Source of the DNA: Vicinamibacteria bacterium
Lineage (GTDB): Bacteria; Acidobacteriota; Vicinamibacteria; Marinacidobacterales; Marinacidobacteraceae
Direction of reading: 5' to 3'
DNA length: 64,000 nt
Assembly (NCBI GenBank): GCA_964291235.2
Contig: OZ219816.1
Span: forward strand, 96,001 to 160,000
Under the pieces are notes generated by a model. The model had not been told where the DNA came from and ran no database searches. It saw nothing but the letters and a program-made list of their open reading frames with translations. Below are positions 58,960-64,000 of this stretch, one piece after another (within the stretch, counting starts at the first letter, position 1; every line of letters starts with the position of its first letter). The translations under genes and the position numbers were made by a program.

Positions 58960-59087
58960 AAGGAAAACCTCCGGGGGCAACGAATGAAGAGCCGTTTGAG
59001 AGGCTATCGGATCGGTCTCTCGGAAGTCAACGACAGACCTTCGATTTCCAGCGTCGTGACAACGCGTTCCGACTCCGGAATTCGGAA

Positions 59088-59846
59088 TCAGCCCCGCGTC
59101 TCCTCAGTGATTCTGAGCGCCGCGTCCCTCGGGTCGGCGTGCCTCGTGATGGCACGGCCAACCACGATGTAATTTGCCCCGCGCCGCGCGGCCTCGCCGG
59201 GGGTGGCGACCCGGCGCTGATCATGCGCCTGGGCCGCCCAGCGGGGCCGGACTCCCGGCACCAGCAAGACGAAGTCGTCGCCGCAAGCGTTCCTGAGCGC
59301 CGCCGCCTCGGCGGCCGAGGCGACCACGCCTCCGAGCCCCGCGGCCTGCGCGAGGCGCGCGAGATTCAGGACCTGGTCCGCAATGGAAATCCCCGGATAC
59401 ACCTCGGCGGCGCTCGCCTCGTCGAAATGCGTCAGGACGGTCACTCCGAGCAGCAGGGGCGGCGTGGAGGCGGACCGGGAGGCGGCAGCCGCCGCCTCCA
59501 GCATCGGTCTTCCTCCGGACGCATGGACATCCACGATGCTTGCGCCCGACGCCGCCGAGGCGCGCACCGCACCCGCCACCGTGGCGGGGATGTCGTGGAA
59601 CTTGAGGTCCAGGAAGACCCGTCCCGCTGACGCGAACTCCGAAAGAACGCGAGGCCCTGCCGCCGTAAACAGTTCTTTCCCCACCTTGTAGAAGGAAGCC
59701 GCGCCCGCCAGGGCGTCGCGGAGGCGCAGGGCGTCATCGAGCGAGGCGGTATCCACCGCGACCACCAGCTCCCCGGCGCCGGGCGCCGCGACCCAGTCCG
59801 GGGCCGCCGGGGCGGCCGATTGGGCGGAGGCGCGGGAAACCGTCAC
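59088..59846 (-). CDS. pyrF: Orotidine-5'-phosphate decarboxylase
   Basis: FLDLKFHDIPATV, VTVLT, PGVR and VVGRAI; GTG start overlaps the pyrD stop. Confidence 0.95.
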   Translation of the reverse strand: MTVSRASAQSAAPAAPDWVAAPGAGELVVAVDTASLDDALRLRDALAGAASFYKVGKELFTAAGPRVLSEFASAGRVFLDLKFHDIPATVAGAVRASAASGASIVDVHASGGRPMLEAAAAASRSASTPPLLLGVTVLTHFDEASAAEVYPGISIADQVLNLARLAQAAGLGGVVASAAEAAALRNACGDDFVLLVPGVRPRWAAQAHDQRRVATPGEAARRGANYIVVGRAITRHADPRDAALRITEETRG

Positions 59847-60793
59847 GTCCCGAACTCGCTGGAATCCCGCAGCGCCCCGGTCAGTTCGCGCACCGCCGAC
59901 ACGTCGTGCCGCCGGCAATACGCGGCGAGACCATCGAACGTACGCCGCCAGACGCCGGGATCCACGAAGTTCATAGTTCCGATCTGCACGGCGCGAGCCC
60001 CCACCAGCAAGAACTCGAGGGCGTCTTCCGCGTTCGCGATTCCTCCCATCCCGATCACCGGGAGCCGGCTCCCCCGGGCCACCTCCCACACCATCCGCAC
60101 CGCGATGGGACGGATGGCGGGTCCGGAAAGCCCGCCGACCACGTTCGCGAGCCGGGGCCGGCGGCTTTCCACGTCCACCGCCATCGCGGGGATGGTGTTT
60201 ATCAGGGACACCGCATCGGCCCCCGCCTCGGCGACCCGGCGGGCCATGGCGGCCATGTCGCTGGCGCTGGGGCTGAGTTTCGGGATCACGGGAAGCCGGG
60301 TCCCCCGCCGCACGACCTCCGTTGCCCGCGCCGCCATGTCCGGATCGCATCCGAACTCGATCCCACCCTCGGCGACGTTGGGACAGGAGATGTTCACTTC
60401 GATGGCGGACACGCCCTCCGCCTGATCGAGAATCCGCGACAACTCGCCGTACTCGGCAAGGGAACTGCCGCAGATGTTCGCGATGACGACCTTGCCAAGC
60501 GCCCGGACCGCCGGCAGCTTTTCCGCCAGGAAACGGCGGACCCCAACCTCCTGGAGCCCGATCGCGTTCAGCATGCCCGAGGGGGTTTCCCAGATCCTTG
60601 GGGGCGGGCAGCCCTTGCGGGGTTCCAGGTAGAGCCCCTTGGCCGAGATCGCCCCGATGCAGTCGTAGTCCGCGACCTCCCGGTACTCGTCGCCGTAGCC
60701 GAAGGTGCCGCTCGCGGCGATCAGGGGCGTCGGCAGGTGGAGGCCGGCGATCTCCACTCCCATCTCAACGGGGACGGAACCGTTCGTCGTCAT
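59843..60793 (-). CDS. pyrD: Dihydroorotate dehydrogenase, class 1B catalytic subunit
   Basis: ASGTFGYG, NAIGL, NISCPN, KLSP, INT and GGLSG. Confidence 0.95.
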   Translation of the reverse strand: MTTNGSVPVEMGVEIAGLHLPTPLIAASGTFGYGDEYREVADYDCIGAISAKGLYLEPRKGCPPPRIWETPSGMLNAIGLQEVGVRRFLAEKLPAVRALGKVVIANICGSSLAEYGELSRILDQAEGVSAIEVNISCPNVAEGGIEFGCDPDMAARATEVVRRGTRLPVIPKLSPSASDMAAMARRVAEAGADAVSLINTIPAMAVDVESRRPRLANVVGGLSGPAIRPIAVRMVWEVARGSRLPVIGMGGIANAEDALEFLLVGARAVQIGTMNFVDPGVWRRTFDGLAAYCRRHDVSAVRELTGALRDSSEFGT

Positions 60794-61662
60794 CAGAGGG
60801 GATGGGGGTCCTGCTCCCAGGCGATCGATTCGCCGTCGAAGACGGGCCCTTCGGTGCAACTCCGCAGGTATTCCTCACTCCCACCCCCGGCGGGACGGGC
60901 CCAGACGACACAACCGAGACAGCAGCCCATTCCGCAGCCCATCCGGCGTTCGATGGAGACCTGGTGGGGAACGCCGGCCGCCGCCGCGAATTCCGCGACC
61001 CGCAGGAGCATTCCCGTGGGGCCGCAGGAATAGAGAACGGGACGGCGCGCGTCCGCGAGCGCGGCATCGAGCAGCGCCGTGACGAAGCCCCGCCGGCCGG
61101 CGCTGCCGTCCTCGCTGGCTACCCGCACGTCCATGCCGAATCGCTCGAAAGTGTCCCAGAGATAGAGATCGGGACGGCGCCTGCCCCCGAGCAGCACGAT
61201 TCCGCGCCGCCCCGCTTCCGCCATCCGGCGGCAGAAGAGCACAAAGGGGGCGATTCCCACCCCCCCGGCGACGATCACCGGGGTGCGGTCCGGGGACGGC
61301 AAATCGAACGTCGTCCCGAGCGGTCCCAGACTGGACACGGTCCCACCGATCGGGAGATTCATCAGTGCCCGGGTGCCCACGCCCACCTCTTTGACCAGCA
61401 GGGTGAACGAGCCGTCTTCCGGCAGGTCGCAAAAGGAATACGGCCGGCGCAGCAACCCCCCGCCTCCGACCCGCACCATGGTGAACTGGCCCGGCAGCAC
61501 CCGAAGCGCAGCTTCGCTCTCGAAGCGAAGCAGCTGGGCGTCCGGGGAGAGCTGGTCCCGGGCCACGAGCCGCGCCGCCAGGTCCACCCGCGGCGGCCGC
61601 CCAGCCGACGGCGCAGGGTCCGGCCCGCCGGGGGATGCCCCGGAAACGGTCACGGGCGACAC
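60793..61662 (-). CDS. pyrK: Dihydroorotate dehydrogenase electron transfer subunit
   Basis: PGQF, RRPYS, GGVGIAP, CGP and MGCGMGCCLGC...C.EGPVF. Confidence 0.93.
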   Translation of the reverse strand: MSPVTVSGASPGGPDPAPSAGRPPRVDLAARLVARDQLSPDAQLLRFESEAALRVLPGQFTMVRVGGGGLLRRPYSFCDLPEDGSFTLLVKEVGVGTRALMNLPIGGTVSSLGPLGTTFDLPSPDRTPVIVAGGVGIAPFVLFCRRMAEAGRRGIVLLGGRRRPDLYLWDTFERFGMDVRVASEDGSAGRRGFVTALLDAALADARRPVLYSCGPTGMLLRVAEFAAAAGVPHQVSIERRMGCGMGCCLGCVVWARPAGGGSEEYLRSCTEGPVFDGESIAWEQDPHPL

Positions 61663-61677
61663 CCAGGTCCCTTCCGC

Positions 61678-63285
61678 CTACTGATCACGCGCCGTCACCC
61701 GATCGACCTCGGTAAGCGTGGTGACTCCCCGAGCCACGAGTTCGAGGGCGTTCCGGCGCAGCGAAACCATCCCTTCCGCCTCGGCCTGCGCCCGGATGGC
61801 GGCCACCCCCCGGCGCCCCAGAATGAGCTCCCGGATGGCGGAGCTGAGCGGCAGGACCTCCGCCACCACGGTTCTGCCCCGGTACCCCGCTCCGTCGCAT
61901 TTCCGGCAGCCCCGCGGATGGAACAGTTGCTCCGGCCGGGATGCCAGCTCGCCCAGGGCTTTCTCCTCCGCGGCACCGGGCGGCTGCGCTTGACGGCACG
62001 CGCGGCACAGCACCCGGACCAGCCGCTGAGCGACGATGCAGTTCAGCGCGGAGACGAAATTGTGGGGGTCGGCCCCCATGTGGAGGAAGCGTCCCACCAC
62101 ATCGAGCGCGTGGTTGGCGTGCACCGTGGTCAGCACCAGGTGACCGGTAAGCGCCGCCTGCACCGCGATCGAGGCCGTCTCCGGATCGCGAACCTCTCCC
62201 ACCATGATGGTGTCCGGGTCGTGCCGGAGGATGGAACGGAGGCCCCGGGCGAAGGTGAGCCCTTTCTTTTCGTTCACCGGGACCTGCGTGACACCCGCGA
62301 TCTCGTATTCGACGGGATCTTCGACGGTCACGATTTTCTCCTCGGGGCTCGCGATCTCGGAGAGCACGGCGTAGAGGGTGGTCGTCTTGCCGCTCCCGGT
62401 GGGCCCGGTAGCGAGCAGCATTCCGAAGGGCCGGCGGGCGTGTTCGCGAAGGAGGTCCAGCTCGCGGCCCGAAAACCCGAGGGCTTCCAGGGACAAGGCC
62501 TCGAAACGGCTGCCCAGGCTTCGCTTGTCGAGCACCCGGATCACCACGTCCTCGCCGTGCACGCTGGGCATGACGGAAACCCGGAAGTCCACGGTCCGCG
62601 GGGCGCTGCCGGCATCCGCGGGCAGCGCCGCCCGGAACCGCCCGTCCTGCGGCACCCGGCGCTCCGCGACGTCGAGTTCCGCCATCACCTTGAGCCGCGC
62701 GACGATCGTCTGATGGTGCGCGCGGTCCACGGGCTCCATCGCCGGGTAGAGAACCCCGTCCACCCGATACTTGAGGACGACCTCTCCGGATTTGGTCTCG
62801 ATGTGGATGTCGGTGGCCCGGCGCTCGACGGCATTCAGCAGCAGCGAATCCACCAGGCGGACCACGGGACTTCCGGCCTGGCCGCCCTCAAGCGTTTCGA
62901 GGGAAATAACCGGCGGGCCGGAACCTCCGTCGTCGCGCCCGAGCCGCTCGATGCGGAGATCTTCCGACGCCCGGTCCAGGAGAAAACTGGAGTTCGTATT
63001 CCGCTCGATGATCGCGTCGATCCGCGCGGGATCGCCAACGTGCACAACGAGCGGGCGCTGGAGCAAGAGCTCAAGCCGGTCCACTTCCGTTTCGACCACG
63101 GGGGACGCCACCGCGATGGCCAGGCGCTCGCCGTCTTCGGAAAGGGGAATGAAACGGTGGCGCCGGACCAGTTCCATCGGCACGCTGCGCCAGAGCGCCG
63201 CGTCGTCCCGATACACCGCCAGATCGGCAGCCGGATAGAGCGAGGGCGATGTCCCGGCCGCCCGCTTCACCCTACCGATCGTCAC
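61678..63285 (-). CDS. GspE/PilB-family secretion/pilus assembly ATPase
   Basis: TDIHIE, RVDG, PQDG, GPTGSGKTTTLY, EDPVE, LRHDPD, TGHLV and the Cys4 motif. Confidence 0.93.
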   Translation of the reverse strand: MTIGRVKRAAGTSPSLYPAADLAVYRDDAALWRSVPMELVRRHRFIPLSEDGERLAIAVASPVVETEVDRLELLLQRPLVVHVGDPARIDAIIERNTNSSFLLDRASEDLRIERLGRDDGGSGPPVISLETLEGGQAGSPVVRLVDSLLLNAVERRATDIHIETKSGEVVLKYRVDGVLYPAMEPVDRAHHQTIVARLKVMAELDVAERRVPQDGRFRAALPADAGSAPRTVDFRVSVMPSVHGEDVVIRVLDKRSLGSRFEALSLEALGFSGRELDLLREHARRPFGMLLATGPTGSGKTTTLYAVLSEIASPEEKIVTVEDPVEYEIAGVTQVPVNEKKGLTFARGLRSILRHDPDTIMVGEVRDPETASIAVQAALTGHLVLTTVHANHALDVVGRFLHMGADPHNFVSALNCIVAQRLVRVLCRACRQAQPPGAAEEKALGELASRPEQLFHPRGCRKCDGAGYRGRTVVAEVLPLSSAIRELILGRRGVAAIRAQAEAEGMVSLRRNALELVARGVTTLTEVDRVTARDQ

Positions 63286-63300
63286 AGGGAGTCGCCCCGG

Positions 63301-63486
63301 GGGTAACAGCCTGTGGTGAAACCCCCGTGAGCGCCGAGAGGGGCGAGGCCCAGTTCTCCCGGTGGGGGTCCGGCTGACCCAGTTCTCCCGGTGGGGGGGC
63401 GGCTCAGGCGGGATGCATCGCCACTCGATCCCCCACCGGGAGAACTGGGCCGCGGGGGTTTTGCCACAGGCGGTTAAGGCTTACCC
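63301..63486. repeat. Nested inverted-repeat element with internal 29-bp tandem duplication (candidate structured RNA or REP/MITE-like element)
   Basis: CCCAGTTCTCCCGGTGGGGG at 63349-63368 and 63378-63397; inverted copy at 63430-63451; outer arms 63309-63329 and 63451-63471. Confidence 0.8.
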
Positions 63487-63574
63487 GTCCGAGGCATCGA
63501 AGCAACCCACACCACCGCGCCCCGCGGCGAAGGAGAACCGGCCCGTCCTGGCGGCGGGCCCTCAGAGGGAATGC

Positions 63575-63850
63575 CTAGTCGCAGCAGTCAGCTTGGAAGG
63601 GACGTGAAACCTTGCACTTCACCACGTCCCGCGCGGGGATCTCAATCGCCTCCCCGGTGCGGACGTTGCGACCCATCCTCGCTTCCCGGTGAGCTACGGA
63701 GAACTTGGCCATGCCCGGGAGCACGAAGCCGTTACCGGCCCGCAATTCCTCGATCGCCAGGTCACGCAGTCCGTCGAGAACCGCACCGGCTTCGCGACGA
63801 CTGATTCCGGCAAACTCTGACAGTGTCGTTACCAGTTCCACCTTGGTCAT
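63575..63850 (-). CDS. HU-family DNA-binding protein
   Basis: MTKVEL..., LPGMAKF, ARMGRNVRTGE.I.IPA; 91 aa. Confidence 0.9.
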   Translation of the reverse strand: MTKVELVTTLSEFAGISRREAGAVLDGLRDLAIEELRAGNGFVLPGMAKFSVAHREARMGRNVRTGEAIEIPARDVVKCKVSRPFQADCCD

Positions 63851-64000
63851 GCTCGATCAAATTCCTTTCTTGGCCTGGGCGGGGTTGGTTTGCTCCATCG
63901 CCCGGTTACGGACAACGGGGTCCGCGAGAAGGCCGGCAGATTATCACAGGGCCAGAGTCGCGCACCCCAAAAAAAAGAGACGTTTCCATGCCGGTTCCGA

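Noticed and set aside
63345-63451. Possible mini-CRISPR (about 29-bp repeated unit)
   Set aside because: The copies are directly adjacent or inverted, with no unique spacers and no cas genes in the window.
63301-63486. Assignment as 6S RNA or SRP RNA
   Set aside because: The size and long hairpin are suggestive, but there is no SRP helix-8 motif and no clear 6S central bubble or usual gene context. Left unassigned.

Overview
GC-rich bacterial chromosome segment of mostly core and housekeeping genes. The gene set (DUF1844, PdxST, class 1B PyrD/PyrK, Pal, rpsA-ihfB, IcmF, RsbV/W/PP2C) is compatible with a diderm such as an Acidobacteriota member; this is inference only. It carries about 55 CDS, including clpB, kbl, queG, cysS, ribF, mazG, comEC, birA, icmF, rpsA, korAB, pdxST, pal, pyrFDK, a GspE/PilB ATPase and HU. 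There is a tRNA-Gly/Cys/Leu cluster, followed by a ~2.7 kb degenerate accessory patch with a HEPN-like remnant, a MORN-repeat lipoprotein, a consensus IHF site and hairpins. An ECF sigma/anti-sigma gene pair heads a two-permease RND operon. The most notable unexplained features are: (1) a dispersed 20-33 bp repeat, three copies of which build a long, possibly switchable hairpin upstream of gspE, with a fourth copy upstream of pdxS; (2) a compact Dph6-like ATPase/DUF6580/BtuF-like/Cys-rich module near the B12-dependent queG; (3) an RND adaptor with a long tail holding three RxRGMTDEQI repeats; (4) a catalytically degenerate NtrC-like regulator; (5) an 11-bp-period GATC-rich array after the iscA/erpA-like gene. 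No CRISPR array, rRNA, intact transposase or integrase was seen. All product calls come from motif recognition by eye, not from database searches.
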